Numbered from the stretch's first letter, positions 39,767 through 50,951 are shown. The stretch is DNA of 64,000 bases from an uncultured Candidatus Sumerlaeota bacterium (GCA_964389675.1 CAYMEV010000017.1:1-64000), one strand, 5' to 3'. Numbers and translations are program-made. The notes: generated by a model from the letters alone, not told the origin.

Positions 39767-41946
39767 TTGCTTCGGACTGTATTAATCCTCTCATCAAGAA
39801 TATCAGAAATTATAACCTTAAAATTCTTTTCATTATTCTTCTTAAGGTAGTTATCAAGCTGAGTATATATCTTCAGGCTCTCTGGATAATTCCCTTTGAG
39901 CTCTTCAAGCATACCTGCAAACAGATTATAATGAACAGCATTGTTTTTAATCTTTTTTACCTGAAGATCATACCAGCCCACTCTCTCTGTAATTCCAATT
40001 TTAATGTCAATCTGCATTGCAAAAAACAAAAGCGTATTAGGATCTCTAATCTGCAGGGTGTCAATATTCTCATACAATTCAGAAGCCTTTTTATATTCGC
40101 CTTTATTATATAATTCGTATAAGTTGCTGCAGAGCGTGTCCACTACTATTTTATCCTTATCCTGCAGGCCAAAGTGATTTATTACCCTGTTAAACCATTC
40201 TTCTTCATTAAAGTATACCAGCAGAAAATAATTAATTAGAATTAATTCTCTTTTCTGCATAAATGGCATGATATTATCAAGAAAAGCTACATAACCCTCG
40301 TAATCCTCTTCAAAATAGTATTTCATCAGTACCGGCTGTCCGAAATAATAGACAAAGTCATAGGAATATTCTGAAAAAGCCTTCTTAAGATCTCCCTTCG
40401 ATAAAATCAGGTTCTGCCATCTTTCAGTAAGGTCCATGGCATCATAGATAAAGCCATTTCTTAGAAGATAGAGTATATACGAGCTGAGGCTTCTATAATC
40501 AATTAATTCCAGCGACTGATAACTGAAAAGCAGATATGCTGTGCTTAATGATATCAGTTTATCAATATTGACTGCATTTTCATCAACAAATCGTCTGAAA
40601 TAGCTGTTTGTAAACTCAATTGCATCATTGTGCCTGTAGTCCATTTCATATAATGTAAGAAGGTTCATATAGGAAAAATAAAAGTCCTTGTCAATATCCA
40701 AAGCCTTTTTATATTCATCTTCAGCAAGCTCATAATTTCCCATGACCCTGTAAAGATCTCCAAGGCTGTCATGGGGGTTTGGAGAATCCGGCATAAGTAT
40801 GGCATACTGGTTCAGGTACTTGAGTGCGTTTTCATAATCCTCAATCTCGCTGAATTTATAACCCAGAAGATTATATGCATTTTCATAAAAGGGATCCTGA
40901 TGTATTATATCCTTAAGGTATTCAATCTGGTCCTTAATATCCATAGTCCACATATACAGGTTTGTATAAAGCAGATAGGAGATTTCCGCCTCCTTTATTT
41001 CCCTGTTCAGTTCATCAATCTTGGATGCAAGCTTAAGTGCTTCATCCCGGTAGATCTTCTTGTCAAGAATTACAAATTCAAGCAGAAGCTGGTTAATCCG
41101 GTTAAAATAAAGCTTATTCTCTATTGCGCTGCTTATATTCTCTTCCCGGGCCTTGCCGACGGAGAGCGCAATAAGCATTATATATGCCGAACCGAATTTA
41201 TTATCAAGTTCAACAGCCTTTTTTAGCTCATCATAGGCTTTATCATTCTTGAAATTGCTGATATAATACTGCCCCTGAAGATAATGATTATATGCCTCAG
41301 GGTTGTCTGTATCTACTTTGATCTCTGAACTCTGGGAGGTGGTATCACCGGATCCGCCTATTTTATCATCAGCAAAGATCTCATCAGTCAATGAATTCAT
41401 TATATCAAATAGCTTGCTGAACATACCCCTCTGCACAGACTCTGAAAGTATAAACCCGTCGTCCACTCTCCTCAATGTGGCAGATATAATTATTTCATCC
41501 TGAAAGGTCCTGAAATTCCCGGTAATCAGGTATTTTACATTGAGCTCTTTGGCTATCCTTAACACAGAAGCTATAGAAAGAGACTCTGGATTGGTAATAT
41601 TCTTCAACCTGAGTTTTGACCACAGGGTTGAAGTATCAACAAACTCAACCTGGCCTGCTTTGGAAATATTTATTATATAGTCAATAAGCCCCTCTTTAAG
41701 GTAATTGAAATTTTCATTTTCAGAGAGATTTGAGAAAAAATACACCATGACTACATTACTGTCCTCAGAATAGGAAATATTCTGACTTATTTCCTCTATC
41801 ACAACCCCCCTGTCAGATCTTCCTGCGGATTCCCTATCATAGTCTCCGAGGGTTATATCTATTGAATTTTCTGCTTTTTTCCCGCATGAAACAATAAAAC
41901 CGGCCAAAAAAAGAAGCAATATAATGATTAATCCTTTTCTAGCCAT
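39763..41946 (-). CDS. TPR lipoprotein with an N-terminal TolB-N/FlgO-like domain
   Basis: Lipobox FIVSC; FSNLS.....YL..GL...I segment; NPEAY..YLQG; TPR PNPHDSLGDLY. Confidence 0.7.
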   Translation of the reverse strand: MARKGLIIILLLFLAGFIVSCGKKAENSIDITLGDYDRESAGRSDRGVVIEEISQNISYSEDSNVVMVYFFSNLSENENFNYLKEGLIDYIINISKAGQVEFVDTSTLWSKLRLKNITNPESLSIASVLRIAKELNVKYLITGNFRTFQDEIIISATLRRVDDGFILSESVQRGMFSKLFDIMNSLTDEIFADDKIGGSGDTTSQSSEIKVDTDNPEAYNHYLQGQYYISNFKNDKAYDELKKAVELDNKFGSAYIMLIALSVGKAREENISSAIENKLYFNRINQLLLEFVILDKKIYRDEALKLASKIDELNREIKEAEISYLLYTNLYMWTMDIKDQIEYLKDIIHQDPFYENAYNLLGYKFSEIEDYENALKYLNQYAILMPDSPNPHDSLGDLYRVMGNYELAEDEYKKALDIDKDFYFSYMNLLTLYEMDYRHNDAIEFTNSYFRRFVDENAVNIDKLISLSTAYLLFSYQSLELIDYRSLSSYILYLLRNGFIYDAMDLTERWQNLILSKGDLKKAFSEYSYDFVYYFGQPVLMKYYFEEDYEGYVAFLDNIMPFMQKRELILINYFLLVYFNEEEWFNRVINHFGLQDKDKIVVDTLCSNLYELYNKGEYKKASELYENIDTLQIRDPNTLLFFAMQIDIKIGITERVGWYDLQVKKIKNNAVHYNLFAGMLEELKGNYPESLKIYTQLDNYLKKNNEKNFKVIISDILDERINTVRSK

Positions 41947-42335
41947 AAAAATTCCCTTCCTGTTTCAGAGATAAAAATTCTTATAATATTCTATTCAATT
42001 GTATATACGAGTATGTTATATCAATTGTTCATATTTTATGCCATGAGCATCGCCTGCAAAAAATATATTAGATTACTGCTTATAATAAAGATACAGTACG
42101 CTATGCTGGTTCATTCTCCAGGGCTGTTCTCCCGGGGATCAGGAATTATGAAGATTTGATTTATCCCCTGCTTTTTTGTAATCATGGAAAAATATTTTGC
42201 ATAATAGGCCTATTCATCATAATATGTTATACTCTCAAATTTTTAAGCTGACAATATTGAAATTTTACCGTAAATATTCTATTGAACATAAATATCATCG
42301 GAAACATTAAATATTTAGATAAAAGGAGTAAAAAA

Positions 42336-43439
42336 ATGATAGATTACAGGCTGAGAAACCTTGCGAATATCGCAGTGGAGTATTCCTCGAGGGTAAAAAA
42401 GGGTGACCTTGTCCTAATAAGGGGAAATGCAAATGCAAAGGATCTTATTATTGAGCTTTACAGGCAGGTTATTGAAAAGGGTGCACACCCGCTTACACAG
42501 GTTACATTTGATGATATGTCAAAGATATTCTTTGACCTGGCTTCAAAAATGCAGCTTGAGTATGTAAGTCCCTATGAAACTATAAATCATGATAAAATAG
42601 ATGTTTCATTTGGAATATGGGGAGGAGGCAACACAAAAACACTGTTCAATGCTGATAAAAAAAAGCAGGCTGCCTTTTTTTCGGCAAGAAAGCACCTGCA
42701 GAAGAGGAACCACATGATGCCTGAAGATGGCGGTATAAGGTGGGTTGTTGTACCTTATCCATCAGCTCACGGGGCTCAGGATGCAAACATGTCAAATACT
42801 GAATATGAGGAATTTGTTTTCAGCTGCTGTATGGCTGACCATGAAAATCCGCTAAAGTCCTGGAATAACCTTAGAAAAGAGCAGGCCAGCATTGTCAAAA
42901 AGCTCCAGGTTTTCAAGGACTTTCATGTAAAAGGCCCAAATGTTGACCTTAAATTCCACACACGAGGCAGAAACTGGGTCAGCTGTGACGGCATGGTAAA
43001 CCTTCCGGATGGAGAGATATACACCTGTCCTTTTGAAGACAGCCTTGAAGGCTTTATAAGCTTTACATACCCGGGCCTTTATGCCGGACAGGAAGTCGAG
43101 GGAATCAGGCTTGAGTTTAAAAACGGCAAAGTTTCAGATTTCTCTTCAAGGACAAAAAAGGATTTTCTGGAAGAGATGATCATGCTTGATAATGGTTCAA
43201 ACATGGTAGGGGAGCTTGCTTTTGGCACCAATTATTTCATTGACAGGTATTCCAGGAATATACTTTTTGATGAAAAGATAGGCGGTACTATGCATATAGC
43301 CCTTGGCAACAGCGCCATTGGCACGAACGGCAAGGTCAGCTCTGCAATCCACTGGGATCTGATTACTGGTACCGATAAGGATACAGAATTGACAGGTGAC
43401 GGCAAAGTAGTATACAAAGACGGAAAATTTCTCCTATAG
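42336..43439 (+). CDS. Aminopeptidase, peptidase M29 (AmpS/AmpT) family
   Basis: NLPDGEIYT.P, GELAFG.N, NILFDEKIGGT.HIALG, SAIHWD; ATG 42336 follows AAGGAG. Confidence 0.9.
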   Translation: MIDYRLRNLANIAVEYSSRVKKGDLVLIRGNANAKDLIIELYRQVIEKGAHPLTQVTFDDMSKIFFDLASKMQLEYVSPYETINHDKIDVSFGIWGGGNTKTLFNADKKKQAAFFSARKHLQKRNHMMPEDGGIRWVVVPYPSAHGAQDANMSNTEYEEFVFSCCMADHENPLKSWNNLRKEQASIVKKLQVFKDFHVKGPNVDLKFHTRGRNWVSCDGMVNLPDGEIYTCPFEDSLEGFISFTYPGLYAGQEVEGIRLEFKNGKVSDFSSRTKKDFLEEMIMLDNGSNMVGELAFGTNYFIDRYSRNILFDEKIGGTMHIALGNSAIGTNGKVSSAIHWDLITGTDKDTELTGDGKVVYKDGKFLL

Positions 43440-43449
43440 CAATTACCGT

Positions 43450-45327
43450 ATGGATATTGTCGAGCCTTATATTATCGGAACTGCAGGACATATAGACCAT
43501 GGAAAGACCAGGCTGGTAAAGGCTCTTACAGACATTGATACCGACAGGCTTAGAGATGAAATTGAAAGGGGAATGAGCATTGAGCTGGGCTTTGCCTGGC
43601 TTGAAATTAACCTTTCCGGCAATACTCACAGGGTAGGAATAGTTGATGTTCCAGGTCATGACAGGTTCATCAGTACCATGGTCTTTGGAGCTGGTTTTAT
43701 AGATTTTGCAATTCTCGTCATAGACAGCCTCCAGGGCATACAGGCCCAGACAGTTGAACACTACAATGTTATAAAACTTCTGGGGATCACCAATGGGATA
43801 GTGGTACTGACAAAGATTGACAGATCCCCTGATGATCTTATCCTGCAGAGGATAGAAGAGGCACAGGAACTCGTCAAGGACAGCCTGTTTTACAATAGAA
43901 TAATGCTTGCTGATTCATTGAGCGGTAAAGGCATTGATGAACTGAAGAAAACCATATACAGGGAAATAATTAAACTCAGCCCTCGAAGGGATCCTTACCC
44001 TATAAGGCTTGACATTGACAGGGTATTCTCTTTAAGAGGGCATGGCCTAATAGGATGCGGGACCTGCTGTTCAGGGACGATAAAAAAAAATCAGGATTTA
44101 ATAGTGCTTAATAATGGTAAAAGAGCTGTAGTAAAGAACATACAGGTACATAATCATGACCGTGAATATGTTATAGCCGGACAGAGGACAGCATTGAACC
44201 TGAAGGGGATCTCAATGGCTGATCTGAGGAAAGGATATACGCTGTCCTTAAAGGGGCAGATAGCCAGCACCAGCATAATATATGCCGAAATAAAGCTGCT
44301 GTACAGCAATTTTGCCAGCAATAAAACTGCAAGGATAAGGTTTTTATATAAAACAAGGGAAATACAGGCTACACTGAGCATTTCAGGAATCAGGCCCGAC
44401 ATGGCAAGAATACGGCTTGATAAACCAGCCTTTGTGTGCAGGAATGACAGGTTTATTATCAGAGAGTTTTCTGGTTCAAAAATCCTCGGAGGAGGCAGGA
44501 TCATATTCTTTTCAGACAGGTCATTCTCTGTCCAAAATGCTGATTTTGCATCATTTCTGGCCAGGCTGTCAGATCAAAATACACAGACCGCTCTGGTACA
44601 TTTTATTGGGTATAGGCCTTTCTATCACAGTATTTTTGATATTATGCAGATCTTTTGTCTTGATCATAAATCATTAATCAAAACAGTAGATGATTCAAAG
44701 GATCTTGTATTATATGAACAAACCTACCTGATGCATAATGATAATCTGCTTTCTGTCTTAAATAAAATAAGGAATTTATCAGCTGCCAGAAGTGGCAGAG
44801 GTATCTGTCCTGATGACATTACAAGCCTTGGAAGGGACATTGGATTTGGAAAAAGCTTTATCAGGATGGCAACAAGATACCTGGCAAAAGCCGGGCTGAT
44901 AATTGTAAAAAAGGATTCCATATTCCCTGCAGATGTGTATCCTGAATCCGGTCTGAACATCAGGCTTTTATATGAGATAATTGATTATGCAGAAAATCAG
45001 GACAGGATACTGGATATTGAGGATGTATTTGGCAGATTCAGCATAGAGGGCAAAATGCGGCAGGATATATTGGACCTGCTCTCACAGGATAACAGGGTGC
45101 TGGTAATATCTGGGCTGTTTATGCTGTCCGCCAGGAAATTCAGGGAGATAGAAATATCTCTGATAGATTACCTGAATAAAAATAAATCCATAAAAATTAC
45201 AGAATTTAAGCATATTATAAATGCTTCAAGAAAATATGCGCTTCCATTGCTTGAGTATTTTGACAGCATTAATATAACCTACAGGATCAGGGATTTGAGA
45301 TACCTGGATTCAAGAATCTTAAAATAA
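43450..45327 (+). CDS. selB: Selenocysteine-specific translation elongation factor
   Basis: GTAGHIDHGKT, DTDRL.DE.ERG.SIELGF, DVPGH, TKID; C-terminal winged helix SRKYALPLLEYFD...T.R..D.R. Confidence 0.9.
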   Translation: MDIVEPYIIGTAGHIDHGKTRLVKALTDIDTDRLRDEIERGMSIELGFAWLEINLSGNTHRVGIVDVPGHDRFISTMVFGAGFIDFAILVIDSLQGIQAQTVEHYNVIKLLGITNGIVVLTKIDRSPDDLILQRIEEAQELVKDSLFYNRIMLADSLSGKGIDELKKTIYREIIKLSPRRDPYPIRLDIDRVFSLRGHGLIGCGTCCSGTIKKNQDLIVLNNGKRAVVKNIQVHNHDREYVIAGQRTALNLKGISMADLRKGYTLSLKGQIASTSIIYAEIKLLYSNFASNKTARIRFLYKTREIQATLSISGIRPDMARIRLDKPAFVCRNDRFIIREFSGSKILGGGRIIFFSDRSFSVQNADFASFLARLSDQNTQTALVHFIGYRPFYHSIFDIMQIFCLDHKSLIKTVDDSKDLVLYEQTYLMHNDNLLSVLNKIRNLSAARSGRGICPDDITSLGRDIGFGKSFIRMATRYLAKAGLIIVKKDSIFPADVYPESGLNIRLLYEIIDYAENQDRILDIEDVFGRFSIEGKMRQDILDLLSQDNRVLVISGLFMLSARKFREIEISLIDYLNKNKSIKITEFKHIINASRKYALPLLEYFDSINITYRIRDLRYLDSRILK

Positions 45328-45339
45328 AATTATAAAAAA

Positions 45340-45360
45340 CTTGACATAAACAGACTAAAG
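45340..45360. promoter_or_regulatory. HAIR-like (HspR operator) inverted repeat overlapping the dnaK -35 box
   Basis: CTTGACA-N7-ACTAAAG versus consensus CTTGAGT-N7-ACTCAAG; hspR lies in the same operon. Confidence 0.7.
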
Positions 45361-45369
45361 TATTATTAT
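45341..45369 (+). promoter_or_regulatory. Sigma70-type promoter of the dnaK operon
   Basis: TTGACA-17 bp-TATTAT. Confidence 0.7.
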
Positions 45370-45418
45370 AATAGGGTAGTAAAATATTACTCATTTATTT
45401 TAATAGGAGGTAAACGAT

Positions 45419-47329
45419 ATGTCAAAGATTATTGGAATTGACTTGGGTACTACAAACTCTGCTGTTGCTATAGTAGAAGGAGGAGAACCTGCGATAATTA
45501 CAAATGCTGAGGGAAGTAGAACCACTCCTTCGGTTGTCGGATTTACAAAGGATGGGAACAGGCTTGCCGGGACAATTGCAAAAAGGCAGGCAATTACAAA
45601 TCCTGAAAATACAATTTATTCCATAAAGAGATTTATGGGAAGAAGATATGACGAGGTATCACAGGAAATTGAAATGGTCAACTACAAGGTTTCCAGTGGC
45701 AAGAATGGTGATGTAAGGATAATGATCAAGGACAAGGACTACTCACCACCAGAAATATCAGCGATGATACTGCAGAAGCTAAAGGAATCAGCTGAAGCCT
45801 ATCTGGGCCAGAAAGTGACTGAAGCTGTAATAACTGTCCCGGCATATTTTAATGATTCACAGAGGCAGGCAACTAAGGATGCAGGGAAGATTGCCGGCTT
45901 AAATGTCAAAAGGATCATAAATGAACCTACAGCAGCCGCCTTATCATATGGCATGAACAAGGATAAGGATGAACTGATTGCAGTCTATGATTTTGGTGGC
46001 GGAACATTTGATATTTCAATACTTGAAGTCGGCGAAGGGGTAATTGAAGTCAAGGCAACAAACGGTGATACACACCTTGGAGGCGACAATATTGATAAAA
46101 GAATCATAGACTGGCTTGTGACCGAATTCAAAAAGGACCAGGGAATAGACCTTTCAAAGGATCTTATGGCTCTGCAAAGGCTCAAGGAGGCAGCTGAGAA
46201 GGCAAAAATAGAATTATCACAGGTCCTTGAGACAGACATCAACCTCCCGTTCGTCACAGCTGACCAGACAGGCCCGAAGCACCTTCAGATAAAACTTACG
46301 AGATCAAAGCTTGAGCAGATGATCGAGGACCTTGTGGACAAAACCCTGGAACCATGCAGGCAGGCCATGAAGGATGCAGGAGTCTCAACTTCCGACATCA
46401 ACCATGTATTGCTTGTAGGAGGATCTACAAGGATTCCGATGGTTCAGAAAAAGGTCAAGGAGCTGTTTGGAAAAGAACCTAATAAAACAGTGAACCCTGA
46501 CGAGGTTGTGGCTCTTGGGGCTGCTGTACAGGGTGCAATCCTGGGCGGGGATGTTAAAGATGTGCTTCTTCTTGATGTAACCCCCTTATCACTTGGAATT
46601 GAAACACTCGGCGGCGTATTTACCAAGCTTATAGAAAGGAATACCACCATCCCCACAAGGAAAAAAGAAATCTTCTCAACTGCAGCAGACAACCAGACAA
46701 GCGTTGAGATACACGTTCTCCAGGGGGAGAGGCAGATGGCTGCAGACAACAGGACACTGGGCAAGTTCCATCTAATCGGGATTCCTGCAGCACCTCGAGG
46801 CATTCCGCAGATAGAGGTAACATTTGATATTGATGCAAACGGCATTCTCAATGTTTCTGCAAAAGACCTCGGAACAGGAAAGGAACAGAAAATTACCATT
46901 ACATCTTCCTCTGGATTGTCAAAGGAGGATGTTGATAAAATGGTCCATGATGCTGAGGCCCACTCCAAAGAGGATGAGGAAAAGAAAAAGCTCATAGAAA
47001 TAAAGAACCAGGCTGATACCCTTTCATATACAACAGAAAAAACTCTTAATGAAAACAGGGATAAGCTGGATCAGAATGAAGCACGAGAAATTGAGCTTGC
47101 AATAAATGATCTGAGGGATGCCATAAAGGGGGATTCATATGATATTATTAAAAACAAGATGGATGATCTGACAAAGAAAGCGCATAAGATTGCAGAGATA
47201 ATGTATAAACAGGCTCAGGCTGAACAGCAGGGAGCTGCCGGTGAAGGCACAGAAGGCGCAGGACAGCAGTCAGGCTCTCAGAAGCCGGATGATGATGTTA
47301 TTGACGCAGACTATGAAGATGTAAAATAA
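45419..47329 (+). CDS. dnaK: Chaperone DnaK
   Basis: [54 protein letters not shown]. Confidence 0.98.
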   Translation: MSKIIGIDLGTTNSAVAIVEGGEPAIITNAEGSRTTPSVVGFTKDGNRLAGTIAKRQAITNPENTIYSIKRFMGRRYDEVSQEIEMVNYKVSSGKNGDVRIMIKDKDYSPPEISAMILQKLKESAEAYLGQKVTEAVITVPAYFNDSQRQATKDAGKIAGLNVKRIINEPTAAALSYGMNKDKDELIAVYDFGGGTFDISILEVGEGVIEVKATNGDTHLGGDNIDKRIIDWLVTEFKKDQGIDLSKDLMALQRLKEAAEKAKIELSQVLETDINLPFVTADQTGPKHLQIKLTRSKLEQMIEDLVDKTLEPCRQAMKDAGVSTSDINHVLLVGGSTRIPMVQKKVKELFGKEPNKTVNPDEVVALGAAVQGAILGGDVKDVLLLDVTPLSLGIETLGGVFTKLIERNTTIPTRKKEIFSTAADNQTSVEIHVLQGERQMAADNRTLGKFHLIGIPAAPRGIPQIEVTFDIDANGILNVSAKDLGTGKEQKITITSSSGLSKEDVDKMVHDAEAHSKEDEEKKKLIEIKNQADTLSYTTEKTLNENRDKLDQNEAREIELAINDLRDAIKGDSYDIIKNKMDDLTKKAHKIAEIMYKQAQAEQQGAAGEGTEGAGQQSGSQKPDDDVIDADYEDVK

Positions 47330-47337
47330 TGAGAAAC

Positions 47338-47367
47338 CAGGTGCAGGGGGTTTTCCTCCTGTACCTG
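47338..47367 (+). other. Intergenic stem-loop after dnaK without a U-tract (mRNA stabilisation or partial termination)
   Basis: CAGGTGCAGG...CCTGTACCTG inverted repeat. Confidence 0.5.
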
Positions 47368-47386
47368 AAATAAAAGGAGATGATTC

Positions 47387-47818
47387 ATGGCTGACTGGAA
47401 AAACCTTTCCAAACTATTGAGTCTGCATGATAGAATATCCTGGCTCTTCAGCCAGGAAAACCTGGATGCAATGTCAAAACTTAACAGCATCGAAAACACC
47501 ATTTCTACACCGGTAGATATAGCTGAAACTCCGGACCAGATATACATATATATGGAAGTACCCGGCATTGAGATTGAAAATGTAAGTGTATATTACAAAG
47601 AAGGGCAGATCATAATTAAGGGCTCAAAGGACTCGCCTCAATTATCAGATGATCAAAAGGCCATACGTATTGAAAGATTCTTCGGGAATATAGAAAGGCG
47701 TTTTTCAATCAAGCAGCCTGTGGATGAAAACAGCATTAAAGCTTCGCTGAATGACGGCATTCTGACAATAACCATGGACAAGAAGACAACAAAAAGAAGT
47801 ATTGAGATAACGGGATAA
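47387..47818 (+). CDS. Hsp20/alpha-crystallin small heat shock protein
   Basis: PVDI.ET, EVPG, ER.FG...R, A...DGILTI. Confidence 0.9.
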   Translation: MADWKNLSKLLSLHDRISWLFSQENLDAMSKLNSIENTISTPVDIAETPDQIYIYMEVPGIEIENVSVYYKEGQIIIKGSKDSPQLSDDQKAIRIERFFGNIERRFSIKQPVDENSIKASLNDGILTITMDKKTTKRSIEITG

Positions 47819-47830
47819 AGGGGTCATATA

Positions 47831-48964
47831 ATGGCAAAAGATTATTATAAAATCCTGGGTATTTCAAAAGGTGCTTCAGATTCTGATATTAAAAAGGCCT
47901 ATAAAAAGCTTGCGAGAAAATATCACCCGGACCTTAACCCTAATGACAAAGCTGCTGAAGAAAAATTCAAGGACATTTCCGAAGCATATGCTGTTCTCGG
48001 AGATAAAGAGAAAAGGAAGATGTATGACCAGATGGGTCCCGATGCATTCGGAAAATATGGCCAGGGCGGCTACTCATATCAGGGACCGTTCTCAGGCAAA
48101 GGAGGCAGCAGCATATTTGAGGACATCGGCTTTGATTTTAATTTGAATGACCTGTTCAGTAATATATACAATAAAGGGGGAAAACAGAAAGCTTATTCCA
48201 AAAGAGAAGAGCCCTTGAAAGGGCAGGACATACAATATACAGTTGAAATATCATTTCTTGACGCTTTGAAAGGCCTTTCTACAACAATATCATATGAAAG
48301 GCTCGTTAAATGCAGTGCCTGCAACGGCACAGGCCATGACAAAAGGTCCAAGCCTGTTAAATGCCCTGATTGTAATGGCACCGGCAAAATTACCATTGGC
48401 CCGGGTTTCCTTAATATACCTCAGAAATGCAGCCGGTGCGGCGGCACGGGGCAGATCCATACAGCTTCCTGCAGTGCATGCAGGGGCAGGCAGTTTATAC
48501 CTTCAAAAGAAAAGATAAGCGTGAAAATACCCCCGGGTGTTGACAACGGCTCCAAGATAAGAGTCGAGGGCAAAGGCAATGCCGGCAGGAACGGAGGCCC
48601 TGACGGTGACCTTTATATAATTACCAGAGTACCTGCGCACCCGTACTTTGAAAGAAAAGGAAATAATATTTATACTGAGGTCCCTATAACGATAAAAGAA
48701 GCTGTCCTTGGTGCAAAGATTGAAATACCCACTGTGGACGGCGTGACCATGCTCAGGATACCTCCAAACACAAACAGCGGACAGGTGCTTCGCCTCAGGA
48801 ACAAGGGAGTTCCCGATCAGAAGGGAGTTCAAAGGGGGGATCATTTTGTAAAGCTGAAGATCGTAGTGCCTGAATCGGTTGATCTGGATTCCCAGAATCT
48901 CATAAGGCAGTTTGAAAGCAGGAATCCCTACCATCCCAGAAAAGAAATATTAAAATATAGCTGA
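47831..48964 (+). CDS. dnaJ: Chaperone DnaJ
   Basis: J domain with HPD, G/F region, four CxxCxG repeats. Confidence 0.95.
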   Translation: MAKDYYKILGISKGASDSDIKKAYKKLARKYHPDLNPNDKAAEEKFKDISEAYAVLGDKEKRKMYDQMGPDAFGKYGQGGYSYQGPFSGKGGSSIFEDIGFDFNLNDLFSNIYNKGGKQKAYSKREEPLKGQDIQYTVEISFLDALKGLSTTISYERLVKCSACNGTGHDKRSKPVKCPDCNGTGKITIGPGFLNIPQKCSRCGGTGQIHTASCSACRGRQFIPSKEKISVKIPPGVDNGSKIRVEGKGNAGRNGGPDGDLYIITRVPAHPYFERKGNNIYTEVPITIKEAVLGAKIEIPTVDGVTMLRIPPNTNSGQVLRLRNKGVPDQKGVQRGDHFVKLKIVVPESVDLDSQNLIRQFESRNPYHPRKEILKYS

Positions 48965-48975
48965 TATGGAGGAAT

Positions 48976-49395
48976 TTGATGGCTAAAAGAGGTTTATACT
49001 CAATCTCAGTTGTTTCAAGCCTGCTTGATATTCATCCTCAAACCATCAGGTTATATGAGAGAAAGGGGCTTATCAAGCCAACCCGCACTGAAGGGAATAC
49101 ACGGCTTTTCAGTGATGAGGACCTTGAAAAGATCAAGATGATCCTCAGGCTTTCAAACGACCTTGGTGTTAATCTGGCAGGAATTGAGGTAATTTTCAAT
49201 ATGAGGGAAAAGATTGTGCAGATGGAGCACGAAATGATCAGGCTTTTAAAAAAGATTACAGAGGACTACCAGAAAACACTTCAGGAAAAGGATGTCGAAA
49301 ATGCACTGGTGCCGCTCTCAGAAGCACAGATGAAAATAAGAAGGTTTGCAGAGATTGATATGTTCAATAAAATTGACCAGGACAACAGTGAATAA
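48976..49395 (+). CDS. hspR: MerR-family heat-shock repressor HspR
   Basis: YSISVV...IHPQTIRLYER.GL..P.RT.GNTRL.S, LGVNLAG. Confidence 0.9.
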   Translation: MMAKRGLYSISVVSSLLDIHPQTIRLYERKGLIKPTRTEGNTRLFSDEDLEKIKMILRLSNDLGVNLAGIEVIFNMREKIVQMEHEMIRLLKKITEDYQKTLQEKDVENALVPLSEAQMKIRRFAEIDMFNKIDQDNSE

Positions 49396-49441
49396 AAATT
49401 AAACAGGGAATCAATTAACACTGTTAAAGATAAAAAAGGAG

Positions 49442-50935
49442 GTGGCAAGAATGAAAAAATATATTAACGGTATCATCATTAGTTCACTTATTATGCTTGT
49501 AATGATTGCATCATTCATTCTGGGGAGTGCCTGCAAAACTCAGGATGCCAGAAGGCCATACAATTTATCAAATATCACAGACCGCCAGGAAGAGGCAGTT
49601 TTACCAATTGATCAGGAATCATACGATAATCCTTTTGTCGATCTGGCTCAGAAGCTTAACCCTGTCGTAGTAAATATCAATACTTCCAAGACAGTTCAGA
49701 GAAGGTCACCCTTCCAGAATGACCCATTCTTTGATGATTTTTTCAGCCGGTTTTTCGGAAACGAATACGGTTACCAGAGAGAATTCCAGGCGCAAAGCCT
49801 CGGATCTGGCTTTATAATCTCAGAAGACGGCTATATCCTCACAAATAACCACGTCATTAAAGATGCGGACGAGATTGATGTCATACTCTATGACGGAACC
49901 AAATACTCGGCTGAAATAATCGGAAGGGATCCGGATACTGATGTGGGATTAATAAGGATCGATGCGGATGGCCTGCCTTTTGCAGACCTGGGAAACTCGG
50001 ATGAAACCAGGGTTGGTGAATGGGTAATGGCTATTGGAAATCCTTTTGGCCTTTCCAATACAGTGACAAAGGGGATTGTCAGTGCAAAAGAAAGAAGCCT
50101 TGGCAACAGCCAGTATGACAATTATCTCCAGACAGATGCATCGATCAATCCAGGGAACAGCGGCGGACCACTGATAAATCTCAAGGGAGAGGTAATAGGC
50201 ATTAATTCAGCTATTATTGCAAATGCATACGGGCTTGGATTTGCCGTCCCTATAAATACTGCCAAATCCCTCCTGCCACAGCTTATGCAGGGAGATGTGA
50301 GGAAAGGCTGGATTGGTATTTCTATTCAGGATCTTGATGATGATCTTATTAAGGCACTGGATCTGGAATCCAGGGAAGGAGTGCTGGTTTCTGATGTAAC
50401 AGAAGACAGTCCTGCTGAAAAAGCCGGAATTCAGCCTGCAGATGTAATCATTGAAATAGACGGGGAAAAAATGAAAAACTCCACACAGCTGGCAACTGCC
50501 ATTGCACTGAAGGGACCTGATGCTGAGATTAAGGTAAAATTACTGCGTGATGGAAAAGAATACAGTATGAATGTCAAGCTTGGGGACAGGGAGGATTATA
50601 TATCTTCAGGTTCTTCATCACCAGGGCAGAAGGACAGGAAGGAGTTCAAGGACCTTGGGCTTACTCTTATGCCAATCAATGATCAGCTGAGAAACCGATT
50701 CTCCATACCAGAACAGATAACCAGCGGGCTTGTCATTATTAATATCGACAACTCCAGGAGCTACAGGCTCAGCAGAGTCCTTAGCGTGGGGGATGTAATA
50801 ATTGAGGTTAATCAGTCAGGTATCAGGACATTAAAGGATTTTGAAACTCAGCTGGACAGGATAAAAGAAGGGAAAATAATTTTACTTAGAATTGTCAGGC
50901 AAAACCAGCTGTTGTATGTAACAATTACAAAATAA
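49442..50935 (+). CDS. degP: DegP/HtrA serine protease with two PDZ domains
   Basis: GSGFII, TNNHV, TD, QTDASINPGNSGGPL; two PDZ domains. Confidence 0.92.
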   Translation: MARMKKYINGIIISSLIMLVMIASFILGSACKTQDARRPYNLSNITDRQEEAVLPIDQESYDNPFVDLAQKLNPVVVNINTSKTVQRRSPFQNDPFFDDFFSRFFGNEYGYQREFQAQSLGSGFIISEDGYILTNNHVIKDADEIDVILYDGTKYSAEIIGRDPDTDVGLIRIDADGLPFADLGNSDETRVGEWVMAIGNPFGLSNTVTKGIVSAKERSLGNSQYDNYLQTDASINPGNSGGPLINLKGEVIGINSAIIANAYGLGFAVPINTAKSLLPQLMQGDVRKGWIGISIQDLDDDLIKALDLESREGVLVSDVTEDSPAEKAGIQPADVIIEIDGEKMKNSTQLATAIALKGPDAEIKVKLLRDGKEYSMNVKLGDREDYISSGSSSPGQKDRKEFKDLGLTLMPINDQLRNRFSIPEQITSGLVIINIDNSRSYRLSRVLSVGDVIIEVNQSGIRTLKDFETQLDRIKEGKIILLRIVRQNQLLYVTITK

Positions 50936-50951
50936 CAGCCGACAGTGGTAC

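Noticed and set aside
42282-42335. TTG-start extension of the aminopeptidase
   Set aside because: An AAGGAG RBS precedes ATG 42336, which matches the family N-terminus.
41947-42335. Long intergenic region with a weak GGGGAT...ATCCCC hairpin; considered tRNA-Sec or another ncRNA near selB
   Set aside because: No cloverleaf, T-loop or recognisable RNA family motif; explained as a divergent promoter region.
45985-46995. Long antisense ORFs within dnaK (also within hdrA, degP, gpsA and selB)
   Set aside because: Typical shadow ORFs opposite conserved genes, caused by codon bias.
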